This document shows positions 9,186 to 18,608 of a stretch of DNA of 32,000 bases, piece by piece. The notes under the pieces are model-generated. The model was not told where the DNA came from. It did no database searches and worked only from the letters and a program-made list of their open reading frames with translations. The translations under genes were made by a program, and so were the position numbers. The DNA is from Okeania sp. (lineage in GTDB: Bacteria > Cyanobacteriota > Cyanobacteriia > Cyanobacteriales > Microcoleaceae), in contig NZ_JAYKGW010000071.1 of the NCBI RefSeq assembly GCF_035285525.1, positions 26,386-58,385 on the forward strand, given 5' to 3'. Within the stretch, counting starts at the first letter, position 1. Every line of letters starts with the position of its first letter.

Positions 9186-9555
9186 TAATCCTGTTACCAA
9201 AAGACTTAGGGTTTATTTTTTCTCGATGATACCAAGCGCTATAGCTTTTTTCAGCAATCGAAATAATTTTGATTTCTGAAAAAGTGCTATCGCTCATTTT
9301 TGTGAAGTCTTCGTTGGATATTTCTACAGGAAAAGCTAAATAGTCGCAGTTGCGCCATAAAAGTAGGGGAATAACTGGGGGCAAATCTTTTGGCTCTGGA
9401 AATTCTCTAAAGAAACGATATGCTACTTCTTTATCCAGCAATTTTAGATTTAAAATTCCTCGTTTATCAATTAAATTTTCTAATGCCTGTTGATAAGTAA
9501 TTTCACGGTTTCTTAATAGTTGCCAAGCTGATAAAACAGAAGTTGATGTAGTCAT
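9121..9555 (-). CDS. GspE/PilB N-terminal (T2SSE_N, MshEN-like) domain protein; 3' end lies inside a MITE
   Basis: VIPLLLWRNCDYLAFPVEISNEDFTKMSDSTFSEIKIISIAEKSY fits the T2SSE_N pattern (PL...L.vA..dP....i..L......i..i.a). The last ~21 codons (..SKKPGFYRKSLFSTVNV) are encoded by the element at 9076-9185. Confidence 0.45.
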   Translation of the reverse strand: MTTSTSVLSAWQLLRNREITYQQALENLIDKRGILNLKLLDKEVAYRFFREFPEPKDLPPVIPLLLWRNCDYLAFPVEISNEDFTKMSDSTFSEIKIISIAEKSYSAWYHREKINPKSFGNRIIRTYSKKPGFYRKSLFSTVNV

Positions 9556-9800
9556 AGTTACAATTAAAATGAATAATGGATAGTGAGTAATGAATAATGA
9601 AAACTATAGCAATTTGTACTGATGTTGTCACAATTCAAAAACTAAAAATAAACTCCTAAATTTTTACCCATTAAACATTGTATCCTTTTAGGGAAAAGGG
9701 AATAAGGAATAGGAAATAAAGTATTTTGGCAAATATCTTAGATGTAACCAACTATTCTCAAAAAGTAGCAAGATTTTTGACACAAACAAATAAAATAGGC

Positions 9801-9895
9801 AGGACTTACACAAAGTGAACAAGAAACCGGGTTTATTGCCATAATATTGTTGTTGAAACCACGAAATTTATTTCATAAACCCGGTTTCTGCATAG
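9801..9895. repeat. Copy of the aagaaaccgggtttattgcc hairpin element
   Basis: aggacttacacaaagtgaacaagaaaccgggtttattgccataatattgttgttgaaacc..cataaacccggtttctg, same family as 3012-3185. Confidence 0.8.
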
Positions 9896-10150
9896 TTTCT
9901 GCGTAGAAAGTTTTTGACCATTGATTATCCGGAAATGATATAATATAATGTCCGGTTGAGTAATTAGATTTTCGTGGAAGAAAGGCAGCTATGCTGAAGG
10001 CTGAGGGCAAAAGCTTTTATACCATTTTTACCTTGATTTTATACAGGCACGGTGCCCGAAAAATCCGATGCTACCGGACATGATATAAAACCTTTATCTC
10101 TCAGTTCTTTTAGATTGAATCAGCAAGTCTTAATTATCAATTATTAATAA

Positions 10151-11254
10151 TTAATTAACTCCTGCCATTTCCACCAATTCTACACAAACTTGATTCAAAA
10201 ACTCCTGCTCAACTTTTTCTGGCAATTCTGTTTTCACCTCCTTAATTTCGGCAAATAAATCATCAGCTAATTTTTTCACTTCCTCATAATCAACATCCCC
10301 ATTTCTAATAGATAACAAATATTCTGCATCACCAGCTTTTTTTCGATTCACATACAAAACCCCATCCCGTAAAATTTCAATTCCCATTCTTAACAACCGA
10401 ATACAATGACTTGTATGTTTAGCATCATATCCACACTTTCTTTCCAACTCTTTTCGTTGCAAATTTCTCCCTTGATTCCAACTACAATAAGCTTCCCATT
10501 GACTAAGAGCTTGCCGATAAGCTTGAGTCAAATGTAACAAACGCACAAAATCGTTTTGTGCTCTCGTATATTCTTGCACTTTCGGTAATAATTCTTCAGG
10601 CATTTGATGTTGTTTTAGAATCGCTTTATAATCAATTTTTTCTAACAGCAAATCTCTCAATTTTTGAGCAGGTTCTAAAAATTCTATGCAGTCTCTAACC
10701 AACATATAGAGAAATTCCATAAAAGCATTAATTTCAGATTTAGTTAAAGGTCGATAACTATCTTCATCTAACCCAAAATCTTGAGGTACTGGCTTTTTTT
10801 CCGGAGGATTTAATAACCATTTTCTATGAGTTTCAACTCGTTTAATTTGAGAATAAGCATAACCTGCAAAAGACGCTCTTATTTTCTGAGAAATAAATGC
10901 TTGACGATAGGAAATTAGCTTTTTTCCTACTGGGGATAAATGCAAGTAAAAATTATCATCTAACCAAAGAAGTTCTAAGATATTCGGATTGTTGTTATGG
11001 ACGAGAATAAGAAATTTTCTTAACTCATAAATTACGCAATCTTTAACATTATCTAATACCGGAAATAAACCTGTTCCTGGTTCATCCCAACCTCGGTCTT
11101 TTTGTTCAACAGATTTAAACCCTAAATAATAATCTTGAGGAGCAATAAAAATCCCTTTATAGTCACAGTCAGATGTGGGTATGGCAGTTCCGTAAGCTTG
11201 GGAACCTGTCAGAGCAAGTAATATTAATCCTGATTCTACTGTTTTTCTATCCAT
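10151..11254 (-). CDS. Pol-beta superfamily nucleotidyltransferase, RlaP-like (PF10127-type)
   Basis: N-terminal LTGSQAYGTAIPTSDCDYKGIF (GS..YG.....SD.D..G motif) and C-terminal helical part with HCIRLLRMGIEILRDGVLYVNR. Confidence 0.75.
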   Translation of the reverse strand: MDRKTVESGLILLALTGSQAYGTAIPTSDCDYKGIFIAPQDYYLGFKSVEQKDRGWDEPGTGLFPVLDNVKDCVIYELRKFLILVHNNNPNILELLWLDDNFYLHLSPVGKKLISYRQAFISQKIRASFAGYAYSQIKRVETHRKWLLNPPEKKPVPQDFGLDEDSYRPLTKSEINAFMEFLYMLVRDCIEFLEPAQKLRDLLLEKIDYKAILKQHQMPEELLPKVQEYTRAQNDFVRLLHLTQAYRQALSQWEAYCSWNQGRNLQRKELERKCGYDAKHTSHCIRLLRMGIEILRDGVLYVNRKKAGDAEYLLSIRNGDVDYEEVKKLADDLFAEIKEVKTELPEKVEQEFLNQVCVELVEMAGVN

Positions 11255-11730
11255 TCTTTTCAGTTATCAGTTATTAATACCATTGTAGAAGATGAAAGAT
11301 ACATTTGTGTTACAAAGATAAATTATTGCTATTACGAGTTGATTTATAAATAAAATCTAAAGAAAGTTGGAGCCTCAGTGAATATGGTGTTATTTTTTGC
11401 TACAGTTAATTCATCTTAATAACTAATAAGTTGTTTACCTGCGATCGCCAACCCTCAACATCAACCATACCCAAGTGATATGAGTAACTCGTATGGGGGA
11501 AATACTCAAGCCTCTAGTACCATTACCCAAGGGGGATATGTTGGCGTAGCATTCCGTAGGAAAAAGCGTATCTCGTAACGCACAAAAACTCTACATATAG
11601 TGACTTTGCCTAATTCCTGTATTAAAACTTTACATTTAGATTGAACCTATTGAGATACAATATGCAGCGAAATAGAGAATAATTTTCATTGTATAAGTTG
11701 TATATCATAAAACCAAATAATAGAAAAAAA

Positions 11731-12840
11731 ATGAAACGCAGAAAACTAATTAATCACATGGCAACTGCTACAGGCGTCGCAACTTTAGCAGCTTGTACTC
11801 AAACCACGACTGAAACTACTGCTACTGATACTAATAACTTGCCCTCCGTAGAATGGAAAATGACTACCAGTTGGCCTCGCTCCCTAGATACAATTTTTGG
11901 TGGGGCACAAATGGTGTGCGATCGCGTGGCAGCGATGACTAATGGTAAATTTACTATTACTCCCTATCAAGCTGGAGAAATAGTGGGAGGTTTAGAAGTT
12001 TTGGATGCTGTCCAACAAGGAACCGTACAATGTGGCCATACCGCTAGTTACTATTATGTGGGTAAAAATGCAGCTCTCGCCTTTGGTACTTCTGTTCCCT
12101 TTGGTTTAACTGCCCAACAACAGAATGCTTGGTATTATCATGGTGGCGGATTAGAAATCATGCACAAGTTGTACTCTGACTTTAATATTATTAATTTTCC
12201 GGCTGGTAATAGTGGAGTGCAAATGGGAGGTTGGTTTAAACGAGAGATTAATACAGTTGCCGATCTAAATGGTTTAAGTATGCGCATCCCTGGTTTCGGT
12301 GGAGAAGTAATGAAAAAATTAGGAGTAAATACTCAAGTATTACCCGGTGGTGAAATTTATCTAGCTTTGGAAAGAGGTGCTATTGATGCTGCGGAGTGGG
12401 TAGGTCCTTATGATGACCAAAAATTAGGTTTACAGAAAGCTGCGAAATACTATTATTATCCTGGTTGGTGGGAACCAGGTCCGACTTTTGAAGTGCAAAT
12501 TAATCTGGATGAATGGAATAAGTTACCAAAAGAATATCAGGAAATCTTGAAGAGTTCTGCATATCAAGCCAATATAAATATGTTAGCCCGATATGATGCT
12601 TTAAATGGAGTAGCATTAGCTGAACTGATAGCAGGTGGTACAGAGTTACGCCCCTACAGTCAAGAAATTTTGGAAGCAGCACAGAAAGCAGCTGTTGAAT
12701 TTTATGAAGAGAAAGCTGGTGAGGATGCAAGTTTTAAAGAAGTTTATGAACAGTGGAAAAATTTCCGAGAACAAGTTTATAAATGGAATGCTATTAATGA
12801 ATTGAGTTTTGCTCAGTTTACTTTCAATAATCCTCTATAG
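11731..12840 (+). CDS. TRAP-type transporter solute-binding protein (DctP family, COG4663/FcbT1-like), Tat-type signal with lipobox
   Basis: [22 protein letters not shown] followed by [54 protein letters not shown] at 11731 is preferred over the TTG-extended ORF from 11689. Confidence 0.88.
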   Translation: MKRRKLINHMATATGVATLAACTQTTTETTATDTNNLPSVEWKMTTSWPRSLDTIFGGAQMVCDRVAAMTNGKFTITPYQAGEIVGGLEVLDAVQQGTVQCGHTASYYYVGKNAALAFGTSVPFGLTAQQQNAWYYHGGGLEIMHKLYSDFNIINFPAGNSGVQMGGWFKREINTVADLNGLSMRIPGFGGEVMKKLGVNTQVLPGGEIYLALERGAIDAAEWVGPYDDQKLGLQKAAKYYYYPGWWEPGPTFEVQINLDEWNKLPKEYQEILKSSAYQANINMLARYDALNGVALAELIAGGTELRPYSQEILEAAQKAAVEFYEEKAGEDASFKEVYEQWKNFREQVYKWNAINELSFAQFTFNNPL

Positions 12841-12971
12841 TGAAGTCATTTCAGTTATCAGTTATCGGCATTTACTGCTCAATAAACGCGCGAGTAGAGA
12901 CGTTGTCTGCAAGGTCTCTACTGGGTTATCATTTTATAATGTGGTTGATTAACCTGAAAACTGTTATAACA

Positions 12972-13188
12972 ACCCTGATAGATGTAGGTTGGGTTGAGAG
13001 ACCGAAACCCAACAAATTTAGTAAACCCTGATAGATGTAGGTTGGGTTGAGAGACCAAAACCCAACAAATTTAGTAAACCCTGATAGATGTAGGTTGGGT
13101 TGAGAGACCAAAACCCAACAAATTTAGTAAACCCTGATAGATATAGGTTGGGTTGAGAGACCAAAACCCAACAAATTTAGTAAACCCT
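12972..13188. repeat. Tandem array, 4.1 copies of a 53-bp unit, each with a ggttgggtt..aacccaac hairpin
   Basis: Units start at 12972, 13025, 13078 and 13131 (accctgatagatgtaggttgggttgagagacc[ag]aaacccaacaaatttagtaa). They are nearly identical, and the array ends 15 bp before the ATG at 13203. Confidence 0.95.
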
Positions 13189-13202
13189 AAATATATAAAT
13201 CA

Positions 13203-14276
13203 ATGAAACGTCGCCATCTAATTAGTTATACTACTATTGCTGCTACAAGTGCAGTTGCTTTACCAGCATTGAGTCAAACTGAAACCCAAGAAATAAAATG
13301 GAGAATGACGACCAGTTGGCCGAAATCTCTAGATACTTTGTTTGGTGGATCCCAGAGGATTTGCGATCGCGTCGCAGATTTGAGCAATGGCAAATTTACT
13401 ATTACTCCTTATCAAGCTGGTGAAATAGTGGGAGGTTTGGAAGTTTTAGATGCTGTTCAACAAGGTACTGTAGAATGTGGTCATACTTCCAGTTATTATT
13501 ACAGAGGCAAAAATCCGGCTTTGGTATTTGCAACTTCTGTTCCCTTTGGTTTGACTGCTCAACAACAAAATGCGTGGTTATATCATGGAGGAGGTTTAGA
13601 AACTATCCAAAAAATTTATGCTGATTTTAATATAATTAACTTCCCAGCGGGTAACACAGGGGCGCAAATGGGTGGTTGGTTTAGAGAAGAAATTAGAAGT
13701 TTGGCCGATCTCAATGGTTTAAAAATGCGCATCCCTGGTATCGGAGGGGATGTGATGAGTAAGTTGGGAGTAAATGTGCAGGTGTTACCTAGTGGGGAAA
13801 TTTATTTGGCTTTAGAAAGAGGTACTATTGATGCTGCTGAGTTGTCTGGTCCCTATGATGATGAGAAGTTAGGTTTCTATAAAGCTGCTAAATATTATTA
13901 TTATCCTGGTTGGTGGGAACCAGGTCCGACTATAGATGCATTGGTCAATTTAGATACCTGGAATAAGTTACCACAAGAATATCAGGAAATTTTTCAGACT
14001 GCTGCTACGGAAGTTAACTTGAATATGTTGGCTCAATATGATACTTTGAATAGTGAAGCGTTGCCAAGGTTGATAGAAAAAGGTGTTCAGTTGAAGGCTT
14101 TTACTCCAGAAATAATGGAAGTTGCCCAAAAATTTACTTTGGAAATTTTGGAGGAAAATGCCAGTAAAGATCAAGGTTTTAAAGAAGTTTATGAACAGTG
14201 GCAAAAATTCCGAGAGCAAGTTTTTAATTGGAATAAAGTTAATGAGTTAAGTTTTGCTCAGTTTTCTTTTGTGTAG
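13203..14276 (+). CDS. TRAP-type transporter solute-binding protein, paralogue of 11731-12840, Tat-like signal without lipobox cysteine
   Basis: MKRRHLISYTTIAATSAVALPALSQ. The mature part aligns with the upstream paralogue at most positions ([51 protein letters not shown]). Confidence 0.88.
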   Translation: MKRRHLISYTTIAATSAVALPALSQTETQEIKWRMTTSWPKSLDTLFGGSQRICDRVADLSNGKFTITPYQAGEIVGGLEVLDAVQQGTVECGHTSSYYYRGKNPALVFATSVPFGLTAQQQNAWLYHGGGLETIQKIYADFNIINFPAGNTGAQMGGWFREEIRSLADLNGLKMRIPGIGGDVMSKLGVNVQVLPSGEIYLALERGTIDAAELSGPYDDEKLGFYKAAKYYYYPGWWEPGPTIDALVNLDTWNKLPQEYQEIFQTAATEVNLNMLAQYDTLNSEALPRLIEKGVQLKAFTPEIMEVAQKFTLEILEENASKDQGFKEVYEQWQKFREQVFNWNKVNELSFAQFSFV

Positions 14277-14669
14277 AGAATTTTATGCCGATTTTAGTCA
14301 CAGCAATAATTTAATTTCTGAGTTTTAATATCAAATCTCCTTGCTTTGGAAAATAAGGTTTGCCATCAGTATTGCCGAAAACTCCTAGTTGGTAGAGGGT
14401 ACGGTTCCCGAAAAATTGGAGACCCAACCCCTACGGAGAGCGAATTTTACTGATACTACCGAATTTGATGTAACTTCAGCTATAGTTTCCGGTTCAGTAA
14501 CATACAACATGAATTATAAATTTATATAGCAATCCCAAATAGGTTAGGACATTTTATCGTAGGGGTTTGGTCTCCCAACCCAATCTAATGATGTTGAGAA
14601 ATTAAACCCCTACTTTTTTTCACAAACCATTTAGGATTCTGATAAAATTAAATTTACAAATTATCAACT

Positions 14670-14840
14670 ATGGAAACATACGCATATAATCAAACTGCTG
14701 TAATTTGGGAAAAATCTAATAACATTGAACAACCAGATTGTTCTCCGTGCGATCACATTATGGAATTGTTAGATTTTGGATGGAAAATGATGTTTACACC
14801 AGAATGGCTGGAAATTGCTAACAGTGTTCAAACAGACTAA
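14670..14840 (+). CDS. Possible 56-aa ORF (METYAYNQTAVIWEKSNNIEQPDCSPCDHIMELLDFGWKMMFTPEWLEIANSVQTD)
   Basis: ATG to TAA ORF in an otherwise repeat-filled spacer. It has no recognisable family and no clear SD. Confidence 0.3.
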   Translation: METYAYNQTAVIWEKSNNIEQPDCSPCDHIMELLDFGWKMMFTPEWLEIANSVQTD

Positions 14841-15047
14841 TATTACGCAAAGGCACTATATATAGATTTAGATTATTGGTGCGTTGTGCGTTCTTCGCTT
14901 TTCATGTCGCGCAGCGTTTCGGCGCTTGAGCCGACATATAAAGCGGAGCTTTGCGGAAGGCAAAACGCAACCTACGAATAGCGTTCGTGCGTAAGCCCTA
15001 TAATTGATACATTAGGGAATAAGACTCTGTACGGGTAGGTTAAGGTT

Positions 15048-15210
15048 GATATCATGCACCGTCTAACGGGGCAGGTTTATGTAAATCTGAGAGTAAGCAT
15101 GGAAATTTCTGGAGAAACCCGTCCCCCATGATATCATGCACCGTCTAACGGGGCGGGTTTATGTAAATCTGAGAGTAAGCATGGAAATTTCTGGAGAAAC
15201 CCGTCCCTAC
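15048..15210. repeat. Two tandem 82-bp units, each a ggggc.ggttt..aaacccgtccc hairpin
   Basis: gatatcatgcaccgtctaacgggg occurs at 15048 and 15130. The array lies 30 bp downstream of the panB stop. Confidence 0.9.
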
Positions 15211-15239
15211 CCCATGCACTATTTTAAGAGCGGTTGATA

Positions 15240-16019
15240 TTAGTTAGGAAATTTTCTTTCTTTAACTTCCACACTATATTCCTGAACTGCTTGAGTAATA
15301 CTCTCTCGTAAATTAACATAAGATTTGGCAAAAGGTGGCTGCCTATCAGAAATTCCTAAAATATCATTAATCACTAATATCTGACCATCACAATAAGCAC
15401 CAGCACCAATACCAATAGTGGGAATAGAAACTTTTTCCGTAATTTCTTTTGCTAAATCTACTCCAATATGTTCTAAAATAATCGCAAAAGCACCTGCTTG
15501 TTCTAAAGCTACAGCTCCTGCTAAAATACGCGCACTAGCATCAGGGGTTTTACCTTGTTGACGATAACCACCAAATTGATGTACTGACTGGGGAGTGAGA
15601 CCGATATGTCCCATAACCGGAATGCCTACGGATGTTAGTTTATCGACAGTTTGAGCGATCGCTTCATTGCCACCTTCTAATTTTACAGCTTGAGCACCTG
15701 TTTCTTTAAGTATTTTCCCTGCTGAATGTATAGCTTGTTGAGTGCTTTCTTGATAAGTTAAAAATGGCAAGTCTACCACAAGCAAAGCTTGCTTTACACC
15801 ACGTCGCACTGCTTTAGCATGATGAATCATTTCTTCCAGAGTTACTGGTAAAGTTGTTTCATAACCTAATGTTACCATTCCCAGAGAATCTCCAACTAAG
15901 ATTAAATCTACTCCAGCATTGTCTAAAATTTGAGCGATTGTGTAATCATAAGCTGTCAGAGCTACTATGGGGCGACCTTTTTGTTTCCATTGAATTAATT
16001 GTCTAGTTGTAATTGCCAT
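15240..16019 (-). CDS. panB: 3-methyl-2-oxobutanoate hydroxymethyltransferase
   Basis: [47 protein letters not shown] and PTIGIGAG motifs. Confidence 0.95.
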   Translation of the reverse strand: MAITTRQLIQWKQKGRPIVALTAYDYTIAQILDNAGVDLILVGDSLGMVTLGYETTLPVTLEEMIHHAKAVRRGVKQALLVVDLPFLTYQESTQQAIHSAGKILKETGAQAVKLEGGNEAIAQTVDKLTSVGIPVMGHIGLTPQSVHQFGGYRQQGKTPDASARILAGAVALEQAGAFAIILEHIGVDLAKEITEKVSIPTIGIGAGAYCDGQILVINDILGISDRQPPFAKSYVNLRESITQAVQEYSVEVKERKFPN

Positions 16020-16042
16020 TTTTAGTTGTGGGAAAGTCTTTT

Positions 16043-16066
16043 CAGTTATCAGTTATCAGTTATCAG
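16043..16066. repeat. STRR-type heptamer tract (cagttat)x3
   Basis: cagttatcagttatcagttatcag lies directly upstream of the panB start. The same heptamer appears at 11260-11273, 12852-12865 and 27932-27945. Confidence 0.9.
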
Positions 16067-16156
16067 TACCTCACAACTTTTGCCAGAGGTTAGAAATACT
16101 GAATCAATTTTTTTTCATCCCCTTAAAAGGGGAAACTTGAGACCTTATTTATTGGT

Positions 16157-16562
16157 CAAAAGTAAGAATTTAATCAAGAATATCTCTGATTTTTTCTAAT
16201 AGACATCTCCTGTGGGAAAGTCAAAAGTCAAAATTCCAAAGTAAGAATTTAATCAAGAATATCTCTGATTTTTTCTAAAATACATCTCCAATAATCAAAA
16301 ATAAAATTAATTATCCCACATAAATTATCAATTATTCCTGCTATTTCCTACTCCATTTATTTTCAAAATCTAGCCTTTTCCTAGCCAAGCAAAAGCTCGA
16401 ATTCCCCAGTCAAAATTCCCAAGTAAGAATTTCACTGGGAAAGTCAAAATTCCAAAATTCAGAATTTAATATCGCATATAAATCATCAATTGTTTCACCT
16501 TATTCCCTAATCTATTTATTTTCAAAATTTAGCCTTTTCCTAGCCAAGTAAAAGCTCGAATT
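16157..16562. repeat. Mosaic of tandem duplications (~80-bp and ~150-bp periods) that includes a copy of the 3' end of the gene at 16529-17275
   Basis: caaaagtaagaatttaatcaagaatatctctgattttttctaa.a.acatctcc occurs at 16157 and 16236. Segment 16308-16403 is repeated at 16465-16562, including tttattttcaaaat.tagccttttcctagccaag.aaaagctcgaatt. Confidence 0.85.
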
Positions 16563-17275
16563 AATTCAGCTTTACCATTTTCCTTATAGCATTTGCCATG
16601 AGACAAAATAATTTTTTCAGTTTCCCATTTTAACATTTTTTGTAAACAGGAACTAGCTGTATCTTTTCTTCCCCAAAATGTCATTTGTAAATCCAGTGGT
16701 GCTTTACCATTTGGAGCATTACAACCAGCTAATTTTATTAATAAATGAAGTTTTTTACTAATTTTATTAAGTTCAAAATTTTCAATTAAATCTGCCAGAA
16801 TAACTGTGGAACTTTGGCGATGAAAAAATACTACTTCATCCATAAATCTACTACCTCGGAAAACTAATTGCTCGATATCTTCTGACCAGTCAATGGGGGC
16901 TTCATCATCAAGAAAAGCATCAAAATTTACTTCAATTTTTTGTTTTGCTGCACGTTCTACAACTCCTGGAGAACCCCAGGCAATAGCTTCGGGATAAGCT
17001 TTTGCCCAACTGTTAATATGAGCATAATGGATTTTGTTAGGTGAAATTAAGTGACGCACCGAACCCAAAGCATCAATTTTAGCTTTTAATTCTGGAACTA
17101 ATTCTATGGGAGAATGACACCATAACTTATTATTTTTTAATCGGACAATAGTCATGCGTGTAGGAAATGGAATAAATGTTCCATACATTGCCATTCTCAC
17201 AATCGGACCATCAACAATCCAAATATTTTCATCTATTGGTTTAAGAACATTCAGTGGTTCATATAATTCAATCAT
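16529..17275 (-). CDS. DUF4336-like protein
   Basis: IWIVDGPIVRMAMYGTFIPFPTRMTIVRLKNNKLWCHSPIELVPELKAKIDALGSVRHLISPNKIHYAHI matches my recollection of DUF4336. This was not verified by search. Confidence 0.65.
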   Translation of the reverse strand: MIELYEPLNVLKPIDENIWIVDGPIVRMAMYGTFIPFPTRMTIVRLKNNKLWCHSPIELVPELKAKIDALGSVRHLISPNKIHYAHINSWAKAYPEAIAWGSPGVVERAAKQKIEVNFDAFLDDEAPIDWSEDIEQLVFRGSRFMDEVVFFHRQSSTVILADLIENFELNKISKKLHLLIKLAGCNAPNGKAPLDLQMTFWGRKDTASSCLQKMLKWETEKIILSHGKCYKENGKAELIRAFTWLGKG

Positions 17276-17301
17276 ATTTTGGCTAATAGAAACTTGACAG
17301 T

Positions 17302-17508
17302 CTAATTCAATTTTAAAGCACTAACAGGCACTTCATTCCAAGATTCAACAGTTCGTAATCTAGCTTTCCATCCCTCTTCTTTTTGAGTATCAGTTAAATT
17401 ATTTTTAAAAGATTCATGGCATTCTTGGGCTTGTTGTTCGTTGCAACAGGCAATACAGGAGTAGATAATACCGGATGGATCTATCTGTTCATTTACCCAA
17501 ATTTTCAT
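17302..17508 (-). CDS. Hypothetical 68-aa protein with a Cys cluster (SCIACCNEQQAQEC)
   Basis: ATG ORF ending 26 bp upstream of the DUF4336 start on the same strand, so probably an operon. Confidence 0.45.
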   Translation of the reverse strand: MKIWVNEQIDPSGIIYSCIACCNEQQAQECHESFKNNLTDTQKEEGWKARLRTVESWNEVPVSALKLN

Positions 17509-17656
17509 AGTTAATAACCTCAGTATGTATTTTAGGACTTAGGAAAAGAAACCCAGTTAATATGATAAACCTTTTATTTGAACAATAGACATTTATGAAA
17601 CAACCAGGTTTCTTGGTTCTCGTATGGATAATGGTACTTTGTAATTTTTGTGGTTA

Positions 17657-17696
17657 CATAGCACTACGCAAATATTGCTATATTTGCATAGCACTA
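17657..17696. promoter_or_regulatory. Operator-like motif: direct repeat catagcacta x2 flanking an 8-bp inverted repeat
   Basis: catagcacta lies at 17657-17666 and 17687-17696, and gcaaatat-tgct-atatttgc at 17668-17687. The motif is in the spacer upstream of the 17508 ORF on the minus strand. Confidence 0.3.
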
Positions 17697-17795
17697 TAAT
17701 AATATATTTGTGCCCTAATTTATGAGGCCAATAATTGGTTGGAAATTGAAAATTCCAGAAAAAAGGCAAATATAGTCCCACAAATCTCAAGTTAA

Positions 17796-18419
17796 TTAAT
17801 GCTCAAAAATATCTTTATATTGCCATAAATCTAATCCCACAAATACGGGTAAACATTCAAAACACTTTTGTGCTAATTCCCATCTTTCTTCTCGTTTCAA
17901 TATATTAGTTAATTTCTCCCGAACACTCAATAAATATCGCACATCATTAGCAGCATAACTTAATTGTTTCTCAGTTAAATTTTCTGCATTTCCCCAATCA
18001 GAACTTTGGGCAGATTTATCTAATTCTACTTTTTCTAAATCCATTACCAAGTCTTTTAAACCATGTTTATTTGTATAAGTTCGTGCTAGTTTACTAGCAA
18101 TTTTGGTACAGAAAATTGGAGAAACTTGAATATCTAAATAATGCTGTAACATTGTTATATCAAATCTGGCAAAATGAAATACTTTAACTATAGTATTTGC
18201 CTCCATTAATTGTTTTAAATTCGGTGCTTCTTTTTGCCCTTTTTCAATCCGAATAGCTGTTACTTTGCCTTGAGTATCGCATAACTGAACTAAACATAAG
18301 CGATCGCGACTAGGCAATAACCCCATTGTTTCTGTATCTACTGCAATACTATCAGATTGCCAATAATCAGATAAAGTAGTTTCCGTTAAATCGCGATCGC
18401 ATACTTGAAAATCACTCAT
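17796..18419 (-). CDS. DEDDy-type 3'-5' exonuclease (RNase D-like, single domain)
   Basis: AVDTETMGL (DxE), VKVFHFARFD and YAANDVRYL motifs in 207 aa. Confidence 0.85.
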   Translation of the reverse strand: MSDFQVCDRDLTETTLSDYWQSDSIAVDTETMGLLPSRDRLCLVQLCDTQGKVTAIRIEKGQKEAPNLKQLMEANTIVKVFHFARFDITMLQHYLDIQVSPIFCTKIASKLARTYTNKHGLKDLVMDLEKVELDKSAQSSDWGNAENLTEKQLSYAANDVRYLLSVREKLTNILKREERWELAQKCFECLPVFVGLDLWQYKDIFEH

Positions 18420-18608
18420 TATTCACCTAATAATTACTAATATTTTCAGACTTAGCAATTATAGCAAATTATTTAGATAAAAAACTTTGTACCTTCTCAC
18501 TTGATTTTTTCTCTTCTGCTCCCCCTTTTTAAGCTATGCTTTACAAGCATCTTGCTTAAAATAAAACTTGACAAATCCTCTCCTCACACCTCCCATTGAG
18601 AAATGGTG

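Noticed and set aside
11619-11633. NtcA-type site upstream of the first TRAP gene (gta-ttaaaactt-tac), and a similar site at 19546-19561
   Set aside because: Spacing is N9 (and N10 at 19546), whereas the canonical site is GTA-N8-TAC. No properly placed -10 box could be tied to them.
12840-13111. ORFs 12840-13031 (+) and 12929-13111 (-)
   Set aside because: They are translated from the heptamer tract and the 53-bp tandem repeats, giving a repetitive peptide with no coding signal.
12972-13188. Possible CRISPR array (regularly spaced repeats). The same question applies to 153-573, 15048-15210 and 26329-26830.
   Set aside because: Whole units repeat head to tail with no unique spacers between them. 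Unit lengths (53, ~147, 82, ~180 bp) do not fit a repeat-spacer architecture, and no cas genes are in the window.
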